Source: Utricularia gibba
Taxonomy: Eukaryota > Plantae > Magnoliophyta
Reading direction: 5' to 3'
DNA length: 64,000 bases
Assembly (NCBI GenBank): GCA_002189035.1
Contig: NEEC01000020.1
Location: 1,736,001-1,800,000 of the forward strand
The position numbers and the translations under genes were made by a program. Under the pieces are notes generated by a model, which was not told the origin of the DNA, searched no databases, and worked only from the letters and a program-made list of their open reading frames with translations. How positions within the stretch are numbered: the first letter of the stretch is position 1; each line of letters starts with the position of its first letter. Shown piece by piece: positions 1 to 12,488 of the stretch.

Positions 1-17
1 CTTTGCATACCATCCAC

Positions 18-406
18 TATTGAAAACTCAAATGTCGTGTGCCGTAAGATTATAGAAAGAATAGACACAAAACATTTTAGCCTGGTAAAATCCAAAAAAT
101 GGGAAAATCCACTAAAGCTTTTCACAAGTACACAACAATGTACAATAAAACAGCAGCCTGCAAGATGTGAACAAATCAGACTTCACGTTTTTCTGTTACG
201 TGGTCATGCTATATGTTCATCTCCATTCTTGCAGCTTATTCATCCTCCACACTAGTCGTATATCAAGCCTCCATGGAACAGCACGTTAGTGGGTGTGCCA
301 CACTTTACATCATGGCTTAACTGTCTACTCTCCTGTAGACCGCAACTTGAATCTTTTGGATATGGCAGTTGTTGTCTCTCCCACCCTTTAAGCCATCTGT
401 CCAACA
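18..406 (-). repeat. 3' LTR of the copia element
   Basis: On the - strand a polypurine tract (AAAAGGAGAGAT, 407-418) is followed by TGTTGG at 406. The far end reads CAATA at 18-22, a probable CAACA with C>T. The left boundary is inferred. Confidence 0.6.
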
Positions 407-2418
407 ATCTCTCCTTTTAAGTTGAGATCTGCATACTTCATCAAACAATATCATTCAATCTTGCTTCCTTGAAGTAGAAATGGTGTTTAGACTTAGGCAA
501 CACTTTTGTCAGCATATCCGCAACATTATCTTATATTGCTACTTTTTTTAACACAACTTGATCTTCCTTAACCACATTCCTAATCCAATGAAATCTGACA
601 TCCATATTCTTAGTTCTAGCATGATACACAAGATTTTTAGACAAGGCTAAAACACTTTGATTATCACAATATATCTCTGACTTGCCACTTTTGATCCCCA
701 ATTCCTCAAGTAGTCGACTAATCCACAAAGCATCTTTCCCACCCTCAATGAGATCTATATATTATGCCTCTGTGGATGACAATGCAACACATTTCTATAG
801 TTTGGAGCTCCAACTTACAGCAGTCCCAACTAACTTGGTGATTACCCCTGAGGTGGACCTTCTTGTGTCTATGTCACCGGCCACATTAGAGTCAACGTAC
901 ACTTGAGGTGTCAATGTATTCTCACAATAACATATACCAAACTGATTGGTTCCACTAAGGTAGTGTAATAGCCACTTCAATACCTTCCAATATTCTCTCC
1001 CTAGATTGGACAGAAATTTTCTGTGCTACTCGCAACATAAGCAATATCAGTTCTAGTGCACACCATTAAATACATAATAGAACCCAAAGCTGAAGCAAAC
1101 GACACCTTTTACATCTCAAGCTCTTCTTCAGAATTTGAGGGACACATGTCAACTATTAGCTTCAAGTTCAAAGGCAATGGTGTTTGAACAGTCTTGACAT
1201 CCATCATATTGAATTTCTTCTATATCATATTTATGTATCCTATATGTATGATTGTTAAACTTCTTTGAGATCGGTTTTTGTCTATTTTCTTCCCAAAAAT
1301 CTTGGATGCAGGGCCTAAATCCTTCATGTCAAAACCAGTCTGCAAGAGAGCTTTTAGATCATCTACCAACCGTCTATGTTGACTTGCAGTAAGCATATCG
1401 TCCACATAAAAGAGAAGAATCACAAACTCTTGATCACCAAAACATTTAAAATAAGCACATGGATAAGGCTCCAGCTTTAGATATCAAACTTGGCATTCCA
1501 ATGGCGAGGAGCTTGCTTAAGCTCATATAGACTCTTATTCAATTTACATACCATTGCTTCTATGCCTTTCACTTCACAGTCTAGAATTTGTTTCATGTGT
1601 AGGTCTTCCTGCAAGTCACCATGTAAGAATGCAGTCTTGACATCTAGTTGATCTAATTTCAAATCTAAGAAGGCAATTAAGGCCAAAATGATCCGTATCG
1701 TAGGAAGCTTTACCACAGAAGCAAAGATCTCTTGATAATCGATTCCAGCTTTCTGCCTGAACCCTTTCACAACGATTCTCGCCTTAAACCTTTGAGAGCC
1801 ATCAGGATTAATTTTTAGTTTGTATATCTACTTATTTTCATGTGATTGTCTCCCGGTAGGTAATTCCACTAGATCATAAGTTTTTTTCTTTTTCAAAGAT
1901 TCCATTTCATCATCTATTGCAGCCATCCATTCCTTTTTATGAGATAATTCCATTGCTTTCTCAAACGTTTTAGGCTCTCCATCTTGACTAACCAATAAAT
2001 ATTCCAAAGCTGCATATTTGGTTGAAGGCATGTGAACTCTTGCACTCCTCCTCCTTTGGCCAATATGTTTATCTTGTGTTTGTTGCGGCAAACTTCCAAT
2101 AATAGGAGTATAATGTGCTTCATTATGCATAAAAAGTGGTAGCAAGGAAGGTGGTAATCTGCCAATTTCATTAGCAACTCTTGTCTTGATGGAACAACAT
2201 GACAATTAGCTCCAGAATCAGCATACCAGTCATTTCCTCGAAGCTCATCGGTTTCAGCAGTTAGCAACACCAAAAGTTCTTCTTCTTCAGATGTGATAAA
2301 GGTAGTGGTGCCTTCATTCTTGTTTCTTTCTTTCCACTCTTTTCAACCGTCGATCATTTTCTTGTAATACCTACAATCTTGGTGAACATGACCTTTTCTT
2401 CCACAGTGAAAGAAACTT
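407..2418 (-). mobile_element. Ty1/copia retrotransposon internal remnant (gag zinc knuckle, protease, RT, RNase H; integrase deleted)
   Basis: Degenerate knuckle FHCGRKGHVHQDC (about 2370-2415), protease WYADSGANCHV, RT motifs QLDVKTAFLHGDL, LKQAPRHW and FYVDDML, RNase H motifs DTRRSTSG and IYCDNQS. Split over several ORFs by stops and frameshifts. Confidence 0.93.
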
Positions 2419-2433
2419 CTAGTCTTCTTTAAC

Positions 2434-4381
2434 CAAGTTAGTGTAAGTCTCCAAAAAACCAACAACACAAGCAATAGCTCTCTTATAATTTATTATTGCC
2501 ATATCAAGGTCTCCCTTCTCATAATTTATACTAGCCAAATTGCCTGATCCAGATGAAGGATCCAAGGAAAAAAAAGGTGGTGGGATGCCCAAGAGCATCA
2601 AAAACCTCACACCTATTTCACAAGAAAAAATCCAAGGTAGCATGATCTTAAATTTCTCATTTCTCATAAACTGATGAACACTTGTTCTGCCTAGAAGGAC
2701 CAGAATACAATAATTTTAATTCTTAAGATGATCAAGGAAAGTTCTGTATCACAATTTTGAGCCTGTTGATTCTAAGTATTTAAAGAGGATCCTATCGTCC
2801 TCATCCAAGACATATGATATGTGTCTACAACAATTACAATATCAACGAAAATCCTTCAAAAAGATCACCCACCAAAAACCATTGCACTATTCGGCAACAA
2901 CTACAACACTTGCTGATAGCATAGAATAGCCTATTGTAACATGCCCATGGCATACAAAATGGAACGAAAGATTTTCCATTGAATTTCAGTCATTACACTC
3001 GTGTTCCTCAATCGTGCATGCAAAGTTCACATAGTTCACCTTAACTGCTTCCTGAACACACAGTGGAATACCACATGGTAATTGATAAACGAAAAATTTA
3101 TGCAACGTCGTTAAATTGCAATTTTCCCCTATCAAATAAATTGATAACTTAACACACATTTAAGCATAATATAATTATGAGCATAGTGATTACGGTCAAT
3201 CATGAAGAGCAGGTACTTGTCAAATGAAAGTCAATACATGAAATCAGTGTCACATTGGTAAATTTTGTCTTAGCTAGGACTAAAGTAGAACTACGATGGA
3301 ATAAAGTAAATAAAAGTAACAAACTTTGGAACACGGTTGTTTCTAAAATGAAATGGGTGATGCATTGGTACTTATAGGGGATGTATGCTTATCACTAAAC
3401 CATAAATCAAACAATTAACAAACAAGATCTAGGTCTACCTTAATTCTTGTTTTCCCCCTAATCTTTGTTCTACCTCTAATTAGTGCTGTTAAACTGAGTT
3501 TCACTACTTCCCTCTCCTAGATCTATCTTGGTTTGTTAAGAAAGTGGCGTGACTTATGGTTGATTAGGTCTAAAGGTCGATTAGCACATTTCTCCCCTTT
3601 CACCCCAAGGCACCCTTAAGTACTTAGCCACTCATACTTAAGATAAACGAAAATAGAAAAGAAAACAACATTCACATTGTACTCATCTCACAGTTGAATA
3701 TCAGAAAGAAAACAAGCAAGGAATTTAAAATGTCAACAAAAAACTAGAAAATGTCGCTTGCTGTTCTTAGTTAAGAGTAATATTCTTTGAAAACAGAAAA
3801 ATGATCTTCAAACATCTCACACTTAGTCCTCCTTCCTCTCTAGAAACCTTCTCCAGAATGAATGTTCGTGTGTCTTCAATGGGAGAGATCTTTTTTCTCT
3901 CTCCATCTTGTTCCTTTTTTTGTCTAAAATCCTTCTTTTTTTCCTTGGATTTTGTGTGTACTCCTTTTTAGACTTTTTACCCATCTTCCACCATTACACT
4001 ATTCATATTCGACTCCTTCGCAATTGTGTTGTCGACATATACTGCATTCCTCAAAGAAAAGTATTAGAAGGTTGGAACTAGCAACTAAAGGCTTTGTTGA
4101 GATCACCAGATTCCAACATCAAGATTGGACCATGCAACATCAAATGTGGGTTGTATTCGAAAAGCTTCAGCATAGAAATTTTATGCCTTAAATCAAAAAA
4201 AGGGAATAAGATATATATAAATAACTTTGATAGCATACCAAAACGGTAATTTTTTAAAATAAAGAACAAGAACAAACAAAAAATATAGCATTAATCTAGG
4301 TGATGGAAATGAAGATGCACATACCTCTTGTTCCAATCCTTGAGCTTCCATCAAATTTCCAAGATTACTATGAGCATCATC
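2434..4381 (-). pseudogene. SEC: O-GlcNAc transferase (SECRET AGENT-like) pseudogene, TPR-region exons
   Basis: Exons at 4325-4381 (DAHSNLGNLMEAQGLEQE), about 4078-4186 (FYAEAFRIQPTFDVAWSNL..ESGDLNKAF), 3051 onward (EAVK), about 2873-2952 (GMLQ*AILCYQQVL*LLPNSAMVF) and 2434-2543 (GNLASINYEKGDLDMAIINYKRAIAC..FLETYTNL). They are collinear with the plant SEC TPR sequence as I recall it, mostly keep AG/GT splice sites, and contain stops and frameshifts. Confidence 0.9.
3083..4069 (-). mobile_element. Truncated Athila-type LTR inserted between SEC exons
   Basis: Begins TGATAAACGAAAAATT, the reverse complement of the CGTTTATCA LTR ends at 10422 and 21230. Homologous along its length to 26868 onward. 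One end is missing. Confidence 0.8.
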
Positions 4382-5229
4382 CTAAACGGAATGAAGCAAC
4401 ATGAAACTTCTGAAATGGGCCAATAATACTAAAGAATTTAGGAGGGATGTAACTCCAACATTTTTTATCCTTGCAAATTCAAGGATAGATGTATTGAAAA
4501 TGCACACATCCAAACGAACAAATTTATCATATATAATGGGTCGTATTCCATGTCCCATTTTCTTCCTTTCCCTTCGTTTTTTATCAACTTTTGTTGTTTA
4601 GAGTCAAGCATGCGCATGTGAGGGCTTGTGGCTGAGAATCTACTGTGAAGCCTTGCTTGCGCAAGTTCTGCGCGTGTGATTGTCTTACTATGTTTTTCAG
4701 CATTTAATTTGAGGTCTGATTCTATTTTTCGCAACGTTTTCTTTACCAATGTGATCTTTAGTACCATATAACCCTAAGGGAGTGTGGGAGAATCAAAGAT
4801 TGGCCTCAAGCATCTTACGAGAAGGGCTCAATCGGACATCATTGGTAAGGCACATTCTGTCTAATCTGTCTGCGATGTGTGAGGTGTAGAGGTTAGATTT
4901 GGATGTGGAGAAAACATGGGTTATCACAAGAGGTGAAATGGCTATGGTGGCGTGGTTGATTCCACAAAACAAGGGACGGTGTTATAACGGTCACCGAATA
5001 GCACTACTTTAACACAACACCCCCAAAGCTTGCGCAAGAAGGTCTGTCTTCAAGGTTTGCACACACACAAGGGCGAGTTTCAAGTAAGTTGGATTTTAGA
5101 TCCAAGGCCACTTTTCTTATTGTCTTCAAAACCTAATCTTTCTTTTGTTTTTAGTCTTTTTAAATCTTTGTTTTGAAAGGAAAATTCCAATAACAATTAC
5201 CTGTGGATACAATCTTATTTTATTATTTC

Positions 5230-7870
5230 GACGGTTCTGTACACTTGCAGAATTACTATCAGAAATATGTATTAAATCAAATACATATTTATGAAAACGA
5301 TGTTAATAATATATAATTTCATCAAAAATTGATACAAATTGATTTCAATATATTGAACAAAAATTTATTTAATACTGAAATATATAGTTAAAGAAACAGA
5401 TATTTTAAGAAAATCAATATAAATGATATATTTCTATATATAAATGAATCGATGCAAATTGACTTTAATAAAATTCATGATGATCGGCGTCCACAATATT
5501 TAGGCAAGATTCATCAATTCATCACATTTATCAAAAAATCATATTGCTCAACAAGAGAAATGAAAATGATCATATCAAGATTGAAATTTATTCCAATTCA
5601 CTCTCTATCTTCCATCCTGTTTTTTTCCCAAATTGTATGGTAAAACACATGATTTTGCTGCCTCAACGTGCGACATTGCATACCAACACCCTATTTGTTA
5701 AATTGATTTTAATATAAATTAAATCAAATATATGCTTATGACAATTAATTTTAATATAACAAATCGAAATTCATTGAACAATGAAATGCTGAATGATCAA
5801 ATAAGTATTTTTACAAATCGATATTTGTAATATATTTTTATATCAAAAATTGATACAAATGCATTTAAATATATTTAGTAAAATATTAATATATTTAGCA
5901 AAATAAATAAGTATTCAGGAGAATTTGATATTAATATTATATTTTCCTATAAAAAACTATATAATACGAAATTAGTATACAACTATTTATGAAAATCGAT
6001 AATAATAATTATTTTTATATAAATAATATACAAATTGATTTCAATGTATTAAATCTAATTCACTTAAAATTAAAATATTTAATAAATCAAAAACTTATTC
6101 ATTAAAATAGATATCAATATCATATTTTGATATAAAAAAAATCCATATCAATTTATTGTACAATATTGAAACTAAATTCGTCTAATATTAAAATATTTAG
6201 TGATTAAAGATATTAAATCAAAATGAATTTGACAAAGAAATAATTAGCAAAGTAAATGGGTATTCATCAAAATCAATGTTGAATATTATATTTTTATATT
6301 TTTATATTATATTATTATAAATTAATCTTAATATTTTGAAATTAAATTCATTGAATAATTAAATACAGAATAAATCAAACCAGTATTTATAAAAACTATA
6401 GATAGTGTATTTTTATATCTAAAATTGATACAAAGATATTTAAATATAATGAAATGAAATATTAATATCCTTAATGAAATAAATAAATATTTATGAAATT
6501 CAATATTATTACTATCGAAAATAATTCACTTTCGAATAAAAAACATTCAAAAAAATTCAATCTACCACTTCTGCTTTTTTCGATTGACGAAAATATTATT
6601 ATATTGTATCTAAATTTATATAATAGTAAAATATTTGATGAAACAAGTATTTACATTACATTTTTTATATATTGAATCGAATATTTATCTAATAGTAAAA
6701 TATTAATGAAAATTGATGTTAATATTACAACTTTATTTTAATAAATGATATAAATTTAATTAATCTAACAAGAATTTATAAAAATCGATATATATGTTAT
6801 ATTATTTTATAAAAAAATTATTCAAATCTATTCAAATCTAATGAATTGAAATATTAATATATTTAATGAAATAAATAAATATTTTTCACATTCGATATTA
6901 CTATTATATTTTTGTATAAGAAAAATATATAATAAGAAATTGATGAACAAACTATATATCAAAATCAATATTAATAATATATTTTTATATCAAAAAATTC
7001 AAAAGAGTTTATTTTAGTATATTTCATCTAAATTCTTTTAAACTATTACTATCCTATTTATGATATTCAATATAAAACTATTATATCTTTATATTAGAAA
7101 TCAATATAACTTAATTAGTATTTTGAATCAGCGTTATTTAATGATGATAGATGTATCAAATATATTATTATGAAAATCAGTGTTACTAATATAAACTTTT
7201 ATCAAAAATTGATAAAACTGAATTTAGTATATTGAGTCGAAAAATGGATATTTCAAAAACTCGATATCAATAGTATATTTTTATATAAATAAATTAATAA
7301 AAAATGATATTATAAAAAATTATAATAGTAAATTAGTAAATTTTCAAATGTCATAAAAATAAATATATAACTCTAAAATATATGAACAAATAATCTAACT
7401 TATAATAATAGATATTAATAGTATATTTTTATATCAAAAAAATATTCCTAACAATTTATTTTAATATATTGAATCTAAATTCATCTAATAGCAAGGTAAT
7501 TATATATGAAAATCGATATGAAAATATTATATTTTTATATTAGAAAACGATACAAATTGATTAATATTTAGAATCGAAATTTATTAAAATGATGAGATAT
7601 GTATTAAACCAGATACATGCTTATGAAAATCCATATTAGTGATTAAACATATTGATTCTAAATGAATTTGACAATGACATGTTTCATGAATTAAACATTA
7701 TAAATTGATATATGTAATCATAAATATTAATATCTGTAATATATTATTATATCAAAAATTGAGACAAATGTATTTAAATATATTGAATCGAAATATTAAT
7801 ATATTTAATGAAATAAATAAGTATTTATGAAATTCTATACTATTATTATCAAAGACAATTCCACTTCCTT
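5230..7870. repeat. Degenerate AT-rich tandem array, block 1
   Basis: Recurrent motifs AAAATTGATACAAA (5325, 5846, 6421) and TTTATGAAAATCGATA (5986, with variants near 5288, 6777, 7505). Subunits are roughly 90-110 bp by eye. Confidence 0.75.
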
Positions 7871-7989
7871 ACAGGTAGAGTGTGGTACCGAATCCGACAT
7901 TCACCCATCTAGTAATAAATCCGAGGAATCTAAGGAGTGCGCTCTAGATTATTTTTTATATGAATTGTTGAACTTCATACTCATTGTGG

Positions 7990-10422
7990 AATAGGTTGCC
8001 AATCACGAAAAAAAGAAAGGTGAATAAAGGGTCAAAGAAAAAAAGAAGAAGAAAAAAAAAAGAAAAAAATTGAGACCTAAGTCCAAAAAAGCAACACATA
8101 TTAAAAGAGTATGTACGGACTCAATAAGTAGTGAAAGAGTGAGGGGGATAGCACACAAATTTTCATATTATTAGGATATAAAAATCATGAGTTTTTAATT
8201 ACTTTTAGTTGTTTATTTTATAATTTTAAGTATTTTTATATATAATTTAGGAAAATGTGATTTTTAGTGTGTTAATGGGCTAAATTCTTTGATTTATCCC
8301 ACCCATGTTCTAACCCAATTTTGAGCCTGATAACACTGTTTTTTTTTGTGTTTTTATATATGTTTTTAAGTATGTTTTGTGGGGATAAATATTAATTAGT
8401 ATGCTAAATTGTCTTCTTTTATGTATTGAGTTTGTTAGAATGTGTTTATTGTGAAAATAGGCTAAATTGAAAACAATTGAGGTCTCCGACGACCTTCAGA
8501 TCTGCGTGTCTACACCACCTTTTCGGCCAGAACTTCGATTTTCAGCAGATCTAAAATCCAGCCCACATAAGCATCCTGCAACTTTTATTTGCACATTTAT
8601 GCACTTCCATTTCTGCGTGAACTTGCTATTGTTACTGTTTTTGTTTTCATGCTTTCTGCTGCATTTCGGTACCTTGCTGTGAATGGGAAACTCTTTGTAC
8701 ACCTTGTTTTAGCTTATAAACATGTTTCTGTTTAAGCTCTTCACGTTTGCTTTTAAGCTTAATATGCTATTTACTGTTCTTGCACACCCATACTCTGTTT
8801 TCGCACACTCTTACTCTGTTTTTAAGCGTTTCAAAGCTGTTTTAAGCCTATGGGCTCTCTTGAGTGACACAAGAGCCAGACCCTACTGTAAAACTTAGCC
8901 CAATTACTTTTATTTTATATTTTCTGCAACTTCACGTTAATTTCAGTGCCCCTTGCACTCTTCAACTCGTTTATTTCAGTTACTGTTATTTTAGATCTTT
9001 CCCGCATTAGAAGTACACCCAGAAAACCCCCTGTTTTCAGTAAATGTGTTAAAGTTCAGGAAATTACAACTATTCCCTGCGAATTCAACCCTTGCTTGCC
9101 ACACTACATTAATTCTTGTGATTTGTATAGTAGAATAGCTAAGTTTATAAATTTCTTTTGATGCATTGAATGTGCTAAACCGCGACATTTAGCATCTCAT
9201 TCCAACGTTCATCAGAGCCCAACAGCTACTTGAGAATCATGGAAAAATCAAGGATTTCGTGTAAGTTACCGCGTAGCAGTAAGTAATGAATACACTGTCT
9301 CGACAACAGTCTGCAAGTCAAGGGCAAGAGCAGCAGAACTGTCAGAGAGTGTACTTGTATTGGGCAGTGGGAGGCGAGAAAAAGGGAGAGGAGAGAGAAT
9401 TGCAAGGGGACAACGCGTTTTTCAAAATACACACGGGGGGATTTTTCCCTCCAACATTCAGCAACCCCCAACGGCGGGGAGAAAAACTTCTCCACCGACC
9501 AATACCTCCGACACGAAGAACACTGACCAGAAGAGGAGAAGAAGAACTTCATCAATACCAGCATCAGAACCAATTCAGCACTATTGTTCTAGTCCATGAA
9601 CGGAAACCAGACTTCTTACTGTTTTATTTTAGTTTGTTGATGTTTTTAACTTTTGCACCCAACTTATGTATGATGTTCTTAATAAAATTCAAAGTATGAA
9701 TAGCTAAATCTCTAGGGATGACTTAAGTTGAAGCATGGTGATGTGAGTCTAGGTGTCTTAATAAAATTCATCATTGTTTTTCTTAGCTCGTGCTTCTATC
9801 AAGCCATGGGTAGATCTAAGGAGGGGAAGAAGTAACTTCACAACTTAGATGCTTGATTTAAATGTAGATAAACAAATCAAGACGGGAGCAGTAGATGTTA
9901 GTTTGGGGTAGAACTAGTAGAATCGGGTAGACGTAGTGCTATATGCTTTGCATGTGGGTAGACCTAATTGCAATGTTGGTAATGATATGGGGATTAGCTT
10001 AACCAAAAATATGATGAATGACCTGGTTAGGCTTGGGTTATTTGACGTTGCGAGTGTAGGAATATGATAGATTAAATTAGGAATGTTGGCACCATATCAC
10101 CTGTAAACCTTTAAGGCATCTTAGTGTTTTTGTAAGTTAGAACCAGTACTTGTTACCTTAGTGTTAAGACCTGATATTATTTAATGATCTTGTTTACCAA
10201 ACTTGTTTACCATTGTTGGTCCGACATTAGATTAAGACTTACCATTACTTTGAATTTTGCATCTGCTGAAATACATAACAAACACAAGCTCCTTGTGATC
10301 GACCCGAATTCCACAATACACTTTGTGATTAATTTGTATTTTGTGAGAAGTAGGGATTAAAAATGTATTTAATACGGAAGTTTGCTTTTATTGAAACGAT
10401 ATACTAAAATTTTCGTTTATCA
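7990..10422 (+). mobile_element. Athila-type 3' end: internal stub, PPT and 3' LTR (about 8147-10422), interrupted by a nested solo LTR
   Basis: PPT GAGTGAGGGGG at about 8137-8147 followed by GATAGCACACAAAT. Ends CGTTTATCA at 10422. Collinear with the LTR at 19862-21230. Confidence 0.8.
8328..9214 (+). mobile_element. Solo LTR nested in another LTR
   Basis: Termini TGATAAC...TTCATCA with a perfect 5-bp target-site duplication GAGCC (8323-8327 and 9215-9219). The equivalent site near 20022 in the sister LTR is uninterrupted. Orientation is tentative. Confidence 0.85.
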
Positions 10423-11620
10423 ATGAACATGTATTTATAAAAATTGATATTTAATGTATATATTTTTATATCAAAAATTGATACAAATGTGTTTAAATAT
10501 ATTGAATCGAAATATTAATATATTTAGTAAAATAAAAAAGTACTTATGAAATTCGATATTATTATTATCGAACATAATTCGATCCATCATTTTCATTTTT
10601 TCATTTTTTTTATATCGAGATGATATAGTGCCATACCGAACCCGACAATTATCCCTCTGGTGATGAAACCGATAAGAAAGAATGAGCTATTTTTGTAGTT
10701 GTTTCCCAGCAGCGGAATATAAATATTAATATATTTAACCAAATAAATAAGTATTTATAAACTTCAATATTATTCTCATATTTTTTTATTATAAAACTAT
10801 ACAATAAGAAATTTGTGATCAACTATTTATGAAAATCGATATTAATAACATATTTTTTATATGCAAAAATATATAAATTGATTTTAATTTATATAATTGA
10901 ATTCATTTAATATTTAAAAATTAAATAAATCTAAAACATATTCAGTAAAATCAATATTAATAATATAATTTTATATCAAAAAACTCATATCAATTCATTT
11001 AATAGTAAAATATTTAGTGATTAAAGTAAAATTAATTTGATAATAAAATATTTAGTGAAGTAAATGTGTATTCACAAAAATCAACGTTAATATTATATTT
11101 TTGTGTCAATAAACTTTATAAATTAATTTTAATATATTGTTGAAATTTATTTAATGATTAATGTTTAATGAATCAAACAAGTACTTATAAAAATCATATC
11201 TTTCGCATATTTTTATATATAAAATGTATACAAATGTATTTAAATATATTGAATTAAAATATTAATAGATTTAATGAAATAAGTAGGCATTGATGAAATT
11301 CAATATTATTATTATATTTTTAAATCAGAAAATTGTAGAATATGAAATTGGTGATCAAATATTTATGAAAGCAATATTGATAGTGTATTTTAATATCAAA
11401 AAATATACAAATTAATTTTAATGTATTGAATTGAATTCATTTAATATTGAAATATTGAATAAATCAAAAAGTATTTATGAAAATCGATATTAATAATAAA
11501 TGTTTATATGAAAAAAATTTATATCAATTTATTTGAATATATTGAATCTAAATTTATCTGATAGTAAAATATTTTGTAAGTAAAGTGAATATATATGAGA
11601 ATTTACATAAAATTGAATCT
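10423..11620. repeat. Degenerate AT-rich tandem array, block 2
   Basis: Same motifs as block 1. CAACTATTTATGAAAATCGATA is identical at 5980 and 10820, and AAAATTGATACAAA occurs at 10474. Confidence 0.75.
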
Positions 11621-12488
11621 CCGAATGAACAACTACACATTTATCTCCAAATTCAATCTCCGAATTCAATTATTCATTAGAAGTTCAATTTCACATAAAA
11701 AGAACATTCTAACAGATTGAATGTATCATCTCCATCTTTTTTTTTTTTTTTTTTCCTAAGATGATACAATGGCGTACCAAATATAATTGTCGCCCTTACG
11801 GTGATGAATACCATAAAGAAGAATGAGAGATTTAATAAATAAAAAATTTTTAAAAAATTATTAAATATTAATATACATTTTAATATTATATTAATAATTT
11901 ATAGAAAAAAAATTATTATATAAATTATTAATTCATATTATCTATCCTAAAAATAAGATTGTGTAAATAAAATGTATTTAATTTATTCAAAATTAAAATA
12001 ATTATAATTATAATATATATAAACTTTATTTTTAAATTGATCATAGGTACGTCGGACTTTAAAACCCAAAGTCTAATGTGTCTTGAGGGTTATGGGTTTT
12101 GGGCCAAAAAGTCAGATAATCCTTATCTATGTACAGATTCAAGTATTGATGTTCTTTAGTATCGGACAGAGGCAGCCCACGGACTTGGACTTTAACTGTG
12201 ATCCCTAGTTGGCAAAAGCCAAGAACTAATTGGGCTATTTTCATGGTTGTAGATTTGGTATGTACCATGGAAATAAAGTATCATCCATCCAAATGTGTTG
12301 TATAGCATTGCCGTCAAGCAAGCGCAGAAGATCATGCAAAACATAATGACACAAGAGAGGAAAAGTAAAAAAGAAAGATTCACAACCAAGTAAGTTGAAG
12401 TGTTCTCTTATGAAGTCTCAAAAGAAAAAACACATATATAATATTCTTCACGCACTAAAGAAATAACCCAGAGAGATTATTGTCCTAG

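Noticed and set aside
4465-4767. 100-aa ORF next to SEC exons as a further SEC exon
   Set aside because: No resemblance to SEC TPR sequence and no fitting splice sites.
5452-6675. Short ORFs in AT-rich DNA (also 16165-18595, 48572-53513, 61648-63795)
   Set aside because: Low-complexity I/F/L/K-rich translations expected by chance, with no recognisable homology beyond the TE remnants already listed.
7885-7915. Helitron 3' end (CATCTAGT)
   Set aside because: CTAG is present but there is no convincing upstream hairpin and no matching 5' end.
3083-10422. Inverted LTR pair (3083 - and 8147 +) as the cause of the SEC inversion
   Set aside because: SEC exons on both sides of the 3083 LTR share the same orientation, so recombination there cannot explain the flip.
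12059-12268. ORF faintly resembling a gypsy protease region
   Set aside because: No DSG/DTG catalytic motif, so too weak to call.
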